A stretch of DNA of 57,828 nucleotides, counting the filler, from Sphacelaria rigidula (Eukaryota), in NCBI GenBank assembly GCA_964200075.2. It is 9 parts of 9 records of this genome, joined end to end, with 100 filler letters (N's around TTAATTAATTAA, not from the genome) between each part and the next. Parts side by side here need not be neighbours in the genome. Positions count along the whole stretch, not along the records: positions 38,621 to 44,956 come from CAXNAA020020700.1; positions 45,057 to 51,392 come from CAXNAA020020701.1; 7 more parts are not named here. One strand, written 5' to 3'. Both the position numbers and the translations under genes were made by a program. Positions 39,640 through 51,392 of this stretch are shown here, piece by piece (the first letter of the stretch is position 1; every line of letters starts with the position of its first letter). The notes below the pieces were generated by a model. It did no database searches, had not been told where the DNA came from, and saw nothing but the letters and a program-made list of their open reading frames with translations.

Positions 39640-40006
39640 TGTGTGTGTGTGTTGTCATCCCATCTATTCTGGACGCCGGTCTACACCTTCCGGTATATGT
39701 GGGCGCATCAGCCGGGGTCACACAGGAGGTCAACACAGGAGCTTTTCCTTTTTTACTTGTTTTCAGTACCCCACCTTCTTCCTGCGGTGCTTGCCTTTAT
39801 TTTTTATCGCGAGATGAGTTTAGCTTTCCCTTTCCCTCGTCGACCGTTGAGTCGAATTTTGTGTACCCACGACATAATCGCTCTTCTCTGTTGTTGAGCA
39901 TGGTGTGAGAAAAAATCCCAAATCGCTCCGACATTTGAACCCACGACCCAACTGTCAGAAGTCAGAAGGTTTCGAGGTTACCAACTGAGCCACCGGGGCG
40001 ACCGGC
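39640..40006 (-). mobile_element. tRNA-derived SINE family 1 with (CA)n tail
   Basis: Minus-strand head ccggtcgccccggtggctcagttggta (A box) and gggttcaaat (B box); colinear with 44371-44741; absent from the paralogous host at ~48345. Confidence 0.85.
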
Positions 40007-40048
40007 TATTAAAACGGGGATTTTGAAAAACGGGGATTATCCCCTTCG

Positions 40049-40158
40049 TGAACCTTTTGACCACGAGGGTACGTCACCTGCCGAATCGGCATTAATTTTC
40101 ACTTGAAAAAAGCATGCACGGTACAGATGGACTACCCGCACGGCGGTCTAAGGGTTAA
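40049..40158 (+). mobile_element. piggyBac-type MITE inserted in the host TIR
   Basis: Filled site ccccttcg-tgaa[ccttttgacc...ctaaggg]ttaa-gaagggccc; the empty site ccccttcg-tcaa-gaagggccc is at 48369-48389. Confidence 0.8.
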
Positions 40159-42003
40159 GAAGGGCCCTTATTGACGGTAGCAGCTGCCTGCCTCGCAGCA
40201 GCGCAATATGTGGGCCAATCAAAGCTACTTTTCGACTCACATTCCACTCGTTTTTCTCTTTTGATTGAAGAAAGGTCGCCGCGTTTTGGTGTACAGTAGT
40301 CAGCGTTAGAAGTATGCAGAATTCGTCATCTCTTAGTTTCTCGAAGATTTTCCAAATTTGTTTCGCTTGCCACCGCTCATCACAGTGACTGTTGGATGCC
40401 ACAAAATGGGCATCTGGAGATACTTTAATCCTCTTGACAAATATTGAAAGAAAAAATATCTGGGATCAATTAATAATAAATTAATTAATTGATTAAAGAT
40501 TTTTTGAGGATGGATGGTTGGATGGTTGAGGATGGATGGTTGATTTCATTTTTTGAACAAGGGAAAGACAATATATATTGCGTGACTTATGGGCTTGATC
40601 AATCTTCGGGGGTCCTGCGGAAGTGCAACCGCAGGTTCTAGCTTTTTGGTATTTCCGGTGGACCGACTCGATCCCGATCATATACGTGAAGACTCAAAAA
40701 TAATTGTTTTCCTGAAATTTCACCTGATCACTGCGCTAAAGCCGGAAAACCATGTTTGTCGGACCATTTACGTTCAATAACACCCTCCTGATAAACGGAG
40801 TCTTTACTCCGTATCGCCCCCACAACACCAACTTGGGCACTGTGATTTGATCAAGGTCTGCTTATTTTGCCAAAACTATCGACGCTAGCACTTTCGAGTG
40901 CTCATGGAAAATGTTATGCGAAAAAAACGAAAAGAGGACATCCGCAGAAAATGCTAGACTGAGGTCTGTGCAGTATAGGAGGGAAACACGATCTCGACCG
41001 TTGTTGTGAAGTATTCTGCAAGAATACATTATCTGACTATTTATCGTTCCGTTGCGGGAGAGTCGGAAAACTGCTTTTATTGAACCAAAAACGTTCAACA
41101 ACACCCTCCTGATAAACGGGGTATCTAGTCCGTATCGCCCCAAAGACACCAAATTGGGCACTGCAGTTTGAGCGCGGCCAACGCTTTCCCCTTGAATCTA
41201 CCAGCGCTAGCACTTTGAAGTAGTATTGAAGAATAATACTCAAAAAGAACTAAAAAAAACTACAACAACCACGGATTCTGAAAACTTCTGATGTTGACTA
41301 CTATATTCAAAGACAATAATTGGTCGGAAAATATTTCCACTCGTAATTCTTGCCCTTATCTGTGGGCCCAGTTCCTTGAATTCTCGTTCCTGAAAGATTT
41401 TGCAATTAAAGCACGACGGTAGTCAGTTGTGAACAATGAAGCCGTAAGGGGGTTGCTGTATGTGCTTCGCATCTGTGGCATCGTTGCGCATGAAACAAAA
41501 CACGAACGCACCTTTATGCCGTCGCTTCAGAATTCCTCCTCCCTGACGACCAAGCCTTCCTGCTGTCAAAGCACCTGCACCCCTGGCAGCAAACATCATA
41601 AAGCTTCAGTGAACCCTCCTTCAAGCCAGACTTGACGTTGGGCAAGTCACCTTCAACCCTCGCACGGGACCGTCACGGGACTGTGACAAGGAGTATCATC
41701 AATACGCTATGGGGAAGCATACTACCTCTTCCTTCGGTCATCCTCTTGTCCGGTACTTGTAGTGGCCAGAAACGTGCAGAGTACACGGGACAACACACAC
41801 GGGGTTGTGAGTTGTGCCCTGCACCACTGTATCTTACACCATCTCCCGATAGCTTGAGGGAGGTTTATGGTATCACGACTTGAGGAGTTCCATTACTACA
41901 GCATTGTACTAGCCCACAAGGAGAGGAGCAGAAAGCAACTTGGATCGCGTTGACTTCAGGTAGTTGTCTCGCAGCCGGTGAGCAAAGAGGCGGAGACACG
42001 ACG

Positions 42004-42036
42004 ATGGTGTACTTCGTGTGCGAGACCTGCAATGAG
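42004..42036 (+). CDS. LYAR: Probable first coding exon of a LYAR-type C2HC zinc-finger nucleolar protein
   Basis: ATG GTG TAC TTC GTG TGC GAG ACC TGC AAT GAG|gtgagt = MVYFVCETCNE, matching the LYAR N-terminus MVxFxCxxCxE with a consensus donor. Only 11 codons; no downstream exon found in the contig. Confidence 0.62.
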
Positions 42037-43189
42037 GTGAGTGACGGGTAGTTTTGCCTAGACAATGCGTGTTTCCTCAGCTGCCACTCTAACTTTAGTT
42101 CAACTGTACGGTAGATACGGTATACATGATCCTCCCGTCTAAGTGTTTTTGTGATAGGGGTGTTATTCAGCGATATCAGCTCCACAACCAATAAACAACT
42201 GGCAATAAACTGCTTGGATACCGCTGGTGCTACAGTACTGTACCGCAGCTGACGTGTCGCACAACACCAGCGACCGCTAGCGAAGGATCAACATCAGCAT
42301 GGGCAGACCATAGCTCTAAGTAACCGTCTGCACTCTACTGTGTAATGTGTAGTCTGTGCTGTTAGTGTACTGTCTACAGGGTTCATGGAACGGTTTATTC
42401 CGTGTTTCACATGAATCTCTTTCGTTTCGCATGCTACTCCATTAGTCGACCCTACAAAAAGCACCAGTGTTCCAAGGGTCACGGCATACCTGGTCCTTAT
42501 GAACCGGAGCCCTCGAATGGACCCTAAATGGGCACCTAAGGAAGTATGAAAAGCGGCGGCTTTACCCATACTGAAAACGGCGTAAGACGCGAGGGGGGTT
42601 GAGGACTCCGGATTTGCTGCGGAAAGGGGTGGTGTTAAAAGAGGCATGAAGACCTCTAGGAGCAGCTGCATTAGCTCGAGGAGTGATCCACCGTGCAGAA
42701 ACCTTGTTGGGCGAACAGGTCCCTTTCTACTTCGTTGATTGATTTACTGTGTTGGTTGATTATCCCACAGTAGCTGGTTGCAAGGATCCAACCCGTGTTC
42801 AGGAGCAGCAAAAAGGAGCACAGTAAGAAAGATGGAAACGAACAGAACAAGACAGGAGCAACAGCCACAAAAAGGCAAGGAACATGGAAGCAGCGACAGC
42901 AACATGAATAACAAGAACAAGAACAGCAACAAACACACAAACACAAACAACACGACGAGATGATTATCTCGCATTACGTAGCGCATTGCAACAACCCAGC
43001 TCGTGATCAGAAACAGAAAAAAAACATACAGAAAGGAATACAAGAGACAAAAAGATAGAGCTAGACTCGTCTCGGGGGGAGGGGGAGGGGGGCGGGGGGG
43101 GGCAGACAAAACAAAAAAGCAGACAAGAAACCACCAGGAAGAAGAGGTGAGCTAACTAGAGACAGGAACCAAACACAATGCCCCACGCA

Positions 43190-43790
43190 TCTGCCTAGGC
43201 TATGATGAGTTGGTAATGGTACTTTCGGTCCCAGGTGCTGTCGGTGCATCTTGGCCTGCAGCTTTGGCGTATCGTATAGCTGGCTCTGCGTCATCCTTTT
43301 GGCACGAGTCTATTATAAACCCTTTTGCTCCCTGTTCAACACGGCTGTGCCACTCTACTGCATTCGAGGCTCTGGTAGTCCATCCCTGCCGTTCGATACC
43401 GAACGCTTTCATGTGTTCCGCTAGGCAGCGGATGCAGTCCTTGTGCCTGCCGTTAAACTCTCCGTCTTGTCCCTTCCGACTATTATTTCACCGCACATGG
43501 CGTGTTTCGGTTTCCGTCCGGGTTTTGTATGGGGGGTGGGGCGTGGTCCCCAGGCGACTCCGAACCTCTGCCGCCTCACCGCATTTTATTCCCTGCATGA
43601 TCGATTTTCATTACTCGCGGTCAATTCGTACCACCAGTCCCCCGAAAATAGTGCACATCCTTGCTCCGAGTGAAGCAACAGTTCCGTTTCAGATATTTGA
43701 CTCTATTTGCCAGCTGCATTACTCGGCTTTAAATCCCCCCTATAATTCGCGCTCGACGAGTAAATTGGAGTGTTGTGCAATTTTCAACTG
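43190..43790 (-). pseudogene. 3' end of a degraded RTE-like LINE
   Basis: Frameshifted KPKHAMCGEII...GRHKDCIRCLAEHMKAFGIERQGWTTRASNAVEWHSRVEQGAKGF resembles the RTE C-terminus (RLPK..mfGel...K.W..cl..dl.afgi...W...A....W...v..Ga..F). Simple-repeat tail toward 42800. Confidence 0.65.
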
Positions 43791-44370
43791 ATTTGCCTCC
43801 CCTCACCTCAGAAGGTAAACAGCAGATACCAGTGCCCCCCTCCGCCGTACGTATCTACTAGTGAGTTATGGGAAGGGAAATGAACTTGAGGGTAAGGTGT
43901 GGGGCTAGGCAAGGAGACGACTGATTGTTGATCGTCGCGCATCAGCAGAAAATAAAACAGACACAAAAAGTAGACTGAAAAACAAATACACAACGATGAA
44001 GACGCGGGAGAAAAAATGGCTGGCCCCTGCGCCATGGCTTCAGGTGGCGAAGGTTTTGCGCGAAAGCACGCGCGTTGATACCAAACCGAGGAAACAGAAA
44101 AGTGGGTACAGATTGCTGCTCATCTATTTTGCGCACAGTATTTTGGCTTTGGCCTCCCATCCACAAGCCCTACGAAAGCGAGGCACCAAACTGCGACTTG
44201 CATACACCTAGTGGAAGAACACAAATTGAGGGATTGGGAGAGGAAGAGAGAACAGATGAAGAGACCACGGAAGTGATGCCCAAGGACACCGTGTGGATGA
44301 GTTGTGTCGAATTCCTCTTGTCGAACCCTAGAGCGTCAAAGTTCGAGCTAGAGTGGGGAGCGCGCGCTCA

Positions 44371-44741
44371 TGTGTGTGTGTTGTCATCCCACCTATTCTG
44401 GACGTCAGTCTACACCTTTCCGTTTATGTGGGCGCATCAGCCGGGGTCACACAAGAAGGTCATCACGAGAGTTTTCATTTTTCCATTTTGTTTTTTAGCA
44501 ATCCATCTTCCTTCTGTGGTGCTTGCCCTTACTTTTTATCGCGAGAAGGGTTCGGCGGTCCCTTGCCCTTGTCAACCGTGAAGTTGAACTTTGTGGATCG
44601 GTACTCACGACAAAGTCTGTCTACACTGCTGGGCTTGGTGTCAGCAAGAATCCCAGATTGTGGAGTTTCACCAAGATTCGAGCCTACGTCCCAACCGTCC
44701 GAAATGTTCTAGCTTACCAATTAAGCCACCGGGGCGACCGA
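44371..44741 (-). mobile_element. tRNA-derived SINE family 1
   Basis: Colinear with 39640-40006; (TG)n on the plus strand, then ttgtcatccca.ctattctggacg...gccaccggggcgaccg. Confidence 0.85.
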
Positions 44742-45079
44742 CCGGGGGAATGAAATCGCGATAATCGAGGGATGACCCTACACCCTACCCTCTGCTGGTT
44801 GGAGCCAGGTTGTGAAACGCAACTACAGGTTGGGCCGCCTAAGAAGCGCACTTTCCTTCAGCCGGTTCCAACTGACGATCTATCGCGAGTTGGACCTACT
44901 ATGACACATCGTGGTAATCTGCAAATCAACGCGCGTCTTTCACTTCACGTAGCACTNNNNNNNNNNNNNNNNNNNNNNNNNNNNNNNNNNNNNNNNNNNN
45001 TTAATTAATTAANNNNNNNNNNNNNNNNNNNNNNNNNNNNNNNNNNNNNNNNNNNNCCCTCCCCCCCTTTAATTCCCAG

Positions 45080-45186
45080 ACGAGCCCGACAAATTCGATG
45101 ACGATTTTAACGAGAGCGAGAGCGACGATGACGATGACGACGGAGTGGAGGAAACCGCTCTCCGAAAAAACGAGCGAGCCGCTAAG
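45080..45186 (+). CDS. VPS72: VPS72/YL1 (SWR1 complex H2A.Z chaperone), acidic N-terminal exon
   Basis: ttcccag acceptor and AAG|gtagg donor. (D)EPDKFDDDFNESESDDDDDDGVEETALRKNERAAK matches the YL1 D.fDsDF motif. Not in the ORF track. Confidence 0.82.
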
Positions 45187-45707
45187 GTAGGTCGGAAGCA
45201 CGTCTGCTACGCTGCGACACGAATGACAAGCAACAGCCAAGAGAGACGCGATTAAGAAAGACAAATTATTTTTTTCAACTTGAGTGTGTAACTAGATGAA
45301 TGCGTTGAAAAATAAATCAAAGATGTCGCAAAAAAGCTAACGCCTAGCTCGTGCTGTGTTGTAAGTTTACGGTATGTTCATATGTTGTTGAGCGGCATAT
45401 GGGTTTTTCGGGTCTTGAGATATATTGCGCTAATTGAAAAGTGCTCATTCACCACCTGTCAGAACATAGAGTTCTCTCGTCGTCGGCCGCTCGTTATGGT
45501 GTGGGTGTAGTTTTGTTGATCGTTGTCATAGGGGCCAGTACTACACACGCAACCATGAGCCAAATATAGATATCTCTCTGTATATAAATATGAACGATGT
45601 GTATATCATGCACGTCTATAGCCCGCCCTACATAACTGCACTCCATTCATGAGAGCTCACCTTCTGAAACACCCGCCTATTCTGCTGTGCGGCTTGGCGC
45701 GGAACAG

Positions 45708-45914
45708 CGCAAACGCCCTACGGGAGGGGCGTACAAGGAACCCAAGCGAGCATCGGCAGCTTGGCCGAAGAAGGCGGTCAAACCCGCGGCCGGCGAAAGT
45801 GGTGCAGGCGGTGGCACGGTCGTAGGGCAGTCTTCAAGGACCAGTGGAGGTGGGGGGAGTCATCGACACCACGCTCCGATACAAAGGAGCGTCCGAGCTA
45901 GCACCAAGACGAAG
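45708..45914 (+). CDS. VPS72: VPS72/YL1 exon
   Basis: aacag acceptor and AAG|gttggt donor, 207 nt, phase 0-0. Contains AYKEP and RSVRAST (the YL1 R.S.R.ST motif). Confidence 0.82.
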
Positions 45915-46480
45915 GTTGGTGCAGTGTGGAAGGAAGCAGTTGAAGCGAAGTTACTTGGTGCTGTTGTTGTTGTTTCGTGGTGAGGTGGTGGTTGATCCAG
46001 AAGGTGACCGCAGGGATGATGATTTTCAGTGATGATTCATAGACACCACGCTCCGATACAAAGGAGCGTCCGAGCTAGCACCAAGACGAGGGTTGGTGCA
46101 GCGCGGAAGGAAGCAGTTGAAGCGAAGCTACTTGGTACTGCAGGTGCTATTGTTGCTGCTGCTGCTGCTGTTGTTGTTGTTGTTGTTGTTGTTTTGTGGT
46201 GAGGTGGTGGTTGGTCTAGAAAGTGACCGCGGGGATGATGGTTTTCAGTAATGAGTCATGAACACCACGCTCCGATACAGAGGAGCGTCCGAGCTAGCTC
46301 CAAGACGAAGGTTGGTGCAGTGTGGAAGGAAGCAGTTGAAGGGAAGCTACTTGGTGCTGCAGGTGCTATTGTTGTTGATGTTGTTATTGTTCTTGTTACT
46401 GTTCTTGTTCTCGGTTGTTTTGTGGTGAGGTGGTGGTTGGTCTAGAAGGTGACCGCGGGGGTGATGGTTTCTAGTGATCG
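45858..46480 (+). repeat. Three ~180-220-bp tandem units that duplicate the VPS72 exon end and donor, with variable (GTT/GCT)n
   Basis: caccacgctccgatac.aaggagcgtccgagctagc.ccaagacga.g|gttggtgcag at ~45867, ~46044 and ~46263. Confidence 0.9.
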
Positions 46481-46910
46481 ATAGGAAGGTCATAATTTCC
46501 GTCTTTTTTTCAACAGCTCGAATCGTCGTTTTTTTTATTTCATCTACGATTCACGGCACGCCTCCCCATCCTTACTCGCTAAGCGTCATGTCACCCATAG
46601 TGCTGAATATCACTGGTTCCATGACTTGTGCTAGAAAGAAGCAACATTTTGTGCGTAATACCACATTGAGTAAATTTATACCTCTACAGTATGCCCTGCT
46701 TTGTGACTGTCAGGATGTTTTTATCGGTGGGTACTCCCGTAGTACACATCCCGTAACCGCTTGGCAGTCACTGAGCGGGGTGTTAAGCACGAAAACGTCC
46801 ACGACGGAACTGTCGGACCCACCCGGTGCACGAATTGAGATTTGACCCCCGCAGCGTCTCGCGTATCGTGTGTCTTCATACGTGTGTTTGTCTCGCTTTG
46901 TTGCACTCAG

Positions 46911-47051
46911 ACAGAAAAAAGCCTAAACGAGCGGGAGGGCGAGGCGAAGAAGGCACGTGCGGAGCTCCTGAAGCGAACCAAAACTCAGCAAAAGAAGCTA
47001 AAGGGGCAGTTTACACAGGAGCAGCTCCTACTCGAGGCTGTCCAAACGGAG
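46911..47051 (+). CDS. VPS72: VPS72/YL1 exon
   Basis: ctcag acceptor and GAG|gtgcga donor, 141 nt, phase 0-0. FTQEQLLLEAVQTE matches YL1 lTQEell.EA..TE. Confidence 0.88.
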
Positions 47052-47598
47052 GTGCGAAGGAACGCGTCAGAATCAAGTTAATGCGCGAATGACGTGAAAA
47101 AACGGGACGGTATCTACGGCTACCACTGCAGATGCTATTCGATGGCTTCGAATTGTTCAGCTCCCCTCTCTGAATACAATGTATACGGTCTCACAGAGTG
47201 TACTGTACAACCCACCTACTACTTCTGTACTACAGTATTGGATGATCACCCAGTACTCACGTAGTGTTCCGAACATGACCGTGTTTTCAGTAGTAGGGAA
47301 AAAGAAGGCCCTTCGAAGAAGATACAGTTGACCGCCTTTTGGAGGTGAATGCAGATGATTCCACCCCGAGTAGTTAATCGGCGTCCGGAGAATGTCCCCC
47401 GTGGGTTTCTTGGACTTTTCGCTGAACAGTTGTGACTATTTAAACCGAAACGAGGAATGTTCGCGTTCAGGTACATCTGGAAACTTTTAGGACGGGTCGA
47501 GGCACAGGTCTGGGTGACGATACAAGTTGTCCCATCATTCATACATCTCATTGGTCAACACGCTCGGTTATCTGCATATGACTGCAAAATCAGCATAA

Positions 47599-48389
47599 GG
47601 GGCCTTTTTATCGAAGGGGATTCTCCCCTTCCTCACGATCTCCTTTTGACAGGGGATTGGCTCCATAACGACCAGTCCTGAGTCCTATCGAGGAGCAGTT
47701 TTGTACAGATTGGACCCCAGATCTGCACGCAGGTTCAGAAATGCGGCGGGTCTGGAAGTTGTCGTTAGTCCAAGGTCTGTGTAATGCTGCAGACAAGACG
47801 CAACAAGGCGACACAACACCTTCACACCCAGCCCCAAAACAACACGCACAGACACCCACCATGCACGCGCATTACTTTCACTGCTCACCCTTGCTAATCT
47901 AGACACGGCAGTCTTTGTTTGACGGAAACTCGTTCTGTATTGGACGAATGGCGGGCGCGTGCGTGTCAAAAACAACCAAAAACGTGTCGTTGCTGACCGT
48001 TTTGTAAGCGGGTACTGTGCGCGCGTCTCACACAAATCATCATTTCTCAATGAATTCTGAACAGACTTGGGTAAGGTCACGCACAGCGTGCACAGCTGAT
48101 CAGCAGGTACGGCTCAAGCAGTGTGTTTTTGGTTTGCGGGGCCACCAAGTTCCTCAGGTTCAGCTCTGATTGTGTTGGGTTGTGTGGTAAGCCTTTGCAG
48201 GTGCCCCTGTAAGCGGACATGTATGTTCCCTTTCGAGGTGCATAGAAATCCCCTGAAAAAAAAGGATTTCTGTGCACATTGAGGGGTTATTTGTTGGGGG
48301 GGGGGGTGGTATCGCAGCGACCAATCAGCAGTCGTGTTTCAAAAAGGGATTTTGAAAAAGGGGATAATCCCCTTCGTCAAGAAGGGCCC
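47599..48389. mobile_element. ~790-bp MITE with ~50-bp TIRs and TAA/TGA flanks (Tourist/PIF-Harbinger-like), in a VPS72 intron
   Basis: TAA|ggggcctttttatcgaaggggattctcccctt versus aaggggataatccccttcgtcaagaagggccc|TGA. The superfamily is inferred only from the 3-bp flanks and GGGCC termini. Confidence 0.7.
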
Positions 48390-48947
48390 TGATTATTTTT
48401 CAAGTTTTTGCACCTCCCCAGCCTGTGCGAGATCTCGATAAATTAAGTGCCTTACAACGTTGAGAAGTGCACGTGATTACCTGAAAATGGCAAACAACTG
48501 TGGAAGATCGCAATAACAGCGGCGGTGACGACTTAACGGCTGCATGTTTGATGCCCTCTTATGTGAACCTTTTTTTCTGGCCCACCTTCATTGAATCATT
48601 GCCTCACCACCTATGCGCGCTGTTGATGAGAGCTTTACAACGGGAAGCGTAGCTTGCATATAGTGATGAATCGATGGAGTATGTATTATGTATCATGTAT
48701 TATGTATTATGTATCATGTGTGTACTGTGTGTGTTGAGTCGTGGTAGTGTGTTTGGTCGTTTCCCCCGCTTATTTAAAGAAAAAGGCAATGTTCGTGTAC
48801 CTGCACCAACGCATTCGAAACGGTGATGCTTTTGCACATGGTTGTTGTTGGGCCAACTATCCTAGAGGGCACTCACAAACTTCAAATTCAGGTATTATGT
48901 AGTACTACAGGCTGCAGGAAGAGTTGACAAGTTCAGGTACTGCTGCA

Positions 48948-49266
48948 TTTTTTTCTTTTTCTTTTTGTCGCGCTTTGAACCCCTCCCCTTCGTCGGGATT
49001 AGTCCGTGGTCTCAAAGGATCAACCCATTTCTCCTCCTTACACGCCTTGCATTTTGGTGTCGCGGATTGGGTCATGACTATTAGCACTCCCGCACCGCGT
49101 CAACTCACGTCAAACAAACTCAGTCGACTACTCGGTTTACCCACGTTCTCACGCCTTCCACCGTGGAAATCACACGCTGCGAAGGAAAAATCCGGCACAT
49201 CGGGGATCGAACCGTCGTTCTCTCTACCCTAACGGCGATAGACTGACCATTACACCACCGGAGCGC
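48948..49266 (-). mobile_element. tRNA-derived SINE family 2, in a VPS72 intron
   Basis: Minus-strand head cgctccggtggtgtaatggtcag and ggttcgatcccc; colinear with 33147-33437. Confidence 0.82.
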
Positions 49267-49781
49267 GGCGGCTTGGACCACCTGCACTATTCTGCCGACT
49301 TGGCCAATCAAATGGCTGTCTTCTGGAAAATTGTATTGTGACCCTACTCGTGCTGTACCTGAAATAGTCTCAAGAGTATCCAGGGATGCCTGGACATGCC
49401 TATCTCCGGAAAGAGAGTGCGGATAAGACCGCAGATTATCAAGTGTTGTGCAGGCGACACGGCTCCGACCGTTTTAGAAGAATCAAAGTTCCCAGCCCCC
49501 GCGGCAGACGACGTTTGACGGCGAACCGGGGAGGTTTTTCATTGCGCACCCGGGAATGCCTAATTACACAATTTTTTCATTCTCGAAATCGTTCGTACAA
49601 CGGCGATGGCCGTACCCCCCCGAAGACGCTGCTAGAAGTGATCACCATAGGCGCGAAGGATTAAGAGCTGACGACGCCGTAGTTCCAAAATAGTTTACCA
49701 CCGTACGCATACTATTAGTGACGATGTCTCCGAGACCCCCCACTTCCACCCCCCCTCCCTCCTGCGTAATCCTACCTTCAG

Positions 49782-51392
49782 CAAGAAAACATGCGCTGGA
49801 TCCTGAAACAGCAACGCCTGGAGGATGAAGCCAAAGAGGATGAGGGGCGTCCAAAGACCCACAAGGCCCTGGCGTCGCGTTGGATGTCTCGCCGGGGTTG
49901 CCTCGATTCCGTCCTTTTCCCATCAGCGCTACCAGCAGTTCTTTCGCAGCCCGCTCGAGAAGATTCCAACTCGAACGATCCTGACAATGCCGACGGGGAG
50001 GGGCGGAGTAGGAGTGGTGCGAACGGGGGGAGCAGTCGGGCATCGGCGGATAAAAACGGTGGGGGTGGTAGTGGTGGACATAGTGGTGAGCGTTCTTCCC
50101 CATCACGCAGCGGCAAGAAAAAACATCTGTGCAAGGTGACCGGCCGACCGGCCAAGTATCGAGATCCCCTTACAGGTTTCCCCTATGCCGACGCCGCCGC
50201 GTTTAGGGTGTTGCGAAGGCGCTTCGGCCCTTCCGCGCAGGAAGGGAATGATGAACAAAATCCTCCAGATCGAGACGCCAAAGACGTCGACGATAAGGGG
50301 GTGGGGGTAGGGATCGGGTCAGATGTGGGGACGGCGGCCTCAGGCGCCGGCGCCGCGGGGGGACCAGGAGGTGGGGCCGCCGGCACCGGCGGCGGGGGAT
50401 CGTCGGGAGGTGTCCCCCACGAGTCAGCGGGGAATGCAGCTGGGAAAGGGGCGTCGAAAGACTCAGAGAAGAAGGCAAAATCGTCTTCGAGCAAGGGGAA
50501 GGGAAAGGGAGGCAAGAAGGACGCTGCCAAAACTTCTCCGGCGGCTGCAGCTACCGTGGCGAAGGTAACGCAAGTACCGAACGCGGAAGCCGCCACTCCA
50601 GCCGTCGCCACCGCTGCACCAGTCGCCACTGATGGCTGCGCACCCTCAAGCGGCGTCTCAGTAGTTGCAAATGGCACCGCAGTCCAGGCGCCGAAGACTG
50701 GCGCCGCCAACGGTACCACCGCCCCCGTGCGCTCGAAAGTGGAAAGTAAAGGCACACCCGCAAAAGCTGAGGGGAAGGAACAGAAGGGCACCAAGCGCGT
50801 TCGCAAACAAGCGTCTGGGGCAAAGAGTGCCAGGCCAACGAAGAGACCGTTCTTCGCCCCGTCGCCTGCATCGGTGACCTCTGGGGGAACGAACCCTGGC
50901 GGGGCGGCAGCAGGTGTAGCGCCGCCGCCAGTTGCAGGGGCGGCAGAAGAATTAGAGTTGGTACCCTTGAAATTGACAACTTCATCCGGGGCGTATCGGG
51001 AACCCGGATTGTCGGCGATGCAGCGCAAGGTTGCCGCGACCACATCGAACGCGGGCATGGGCAGTGTCCTGCCGGCAGGCTACATGCGTGTTGCACCCCC
51101 CCAGAAGATGGTGCCCGCCGGCACTATCTCAGCACCATCGCCTGTGGGTGGTTTGCAGAGATCGACGGTCGCGCCGCGAACGGCTGCTGCGTCATCAATA
51201 ATCGGACGGACTACTCCCGCCGCCGCAATCGCTGCCGCCGCCGCTGCCGCCGCTGCGGCAGCGATAGCACCCCCGCCCTCGGCGTATCCGAGAAATGCCG
51301 CTGCGGCGGCGGCTGTAGCGCCAAATTTGATGGCAGCAGATGGAGGAGCCGCTGAAGTTGCTAACGGATGGGAAAACGTCACTTCTGTGTCT
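49782..51392 (+). CDS. VPS72: VPS72/YL1 large exon: YL1 C-terminal domain plus a long low-complexity tail; truncated by the contig end
   Basis: ttcag acceptor gives ...TE|QENMRWIL. CKVTGRPAKYRDPLTGFPYADAAAFRVLR is the YL1_C motif (C.iTG.pA.Y.DP.T..PY....AF..lR). Open frame of more than 530 codons. Confidence 0.92.

Larger units (their letters stand above)
38690..40168 (+). mobile_element. Copy of the MITE family seen at 47599-48389, carrying nested SINE and piggyBac-type MITE insertions; related reverse fragment at ~51690-51960
   Basis: 39007-39640 is colinear with 47700-48345; the right TIR ends ...gaagggccc|tta. Confidence 0.8.

Noticed and set aside
39925..40006. Functional tRNA genes (also at ~33370-33437, ~44670-44741, ~49195-49266)
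   Set aside because: A and B boxes are present but there is no complete cloverleaf, and each is fused to a shared ~250-300-bp body and simple-repeat tail. These are SINE heads.
50183..51382. Long antisense ORFs (291, 181 and 100 aa)
   Set aside because: Shadows of the GC-rich VPS72 exon on the opposite strand; no independent motifs.
6793..51392. DNA-repair/chromatin gene cluster (XPF, LYAR, VPS72)
   Set aside because: The genes sit on separate contigs that are adjacent only because of length sorting.
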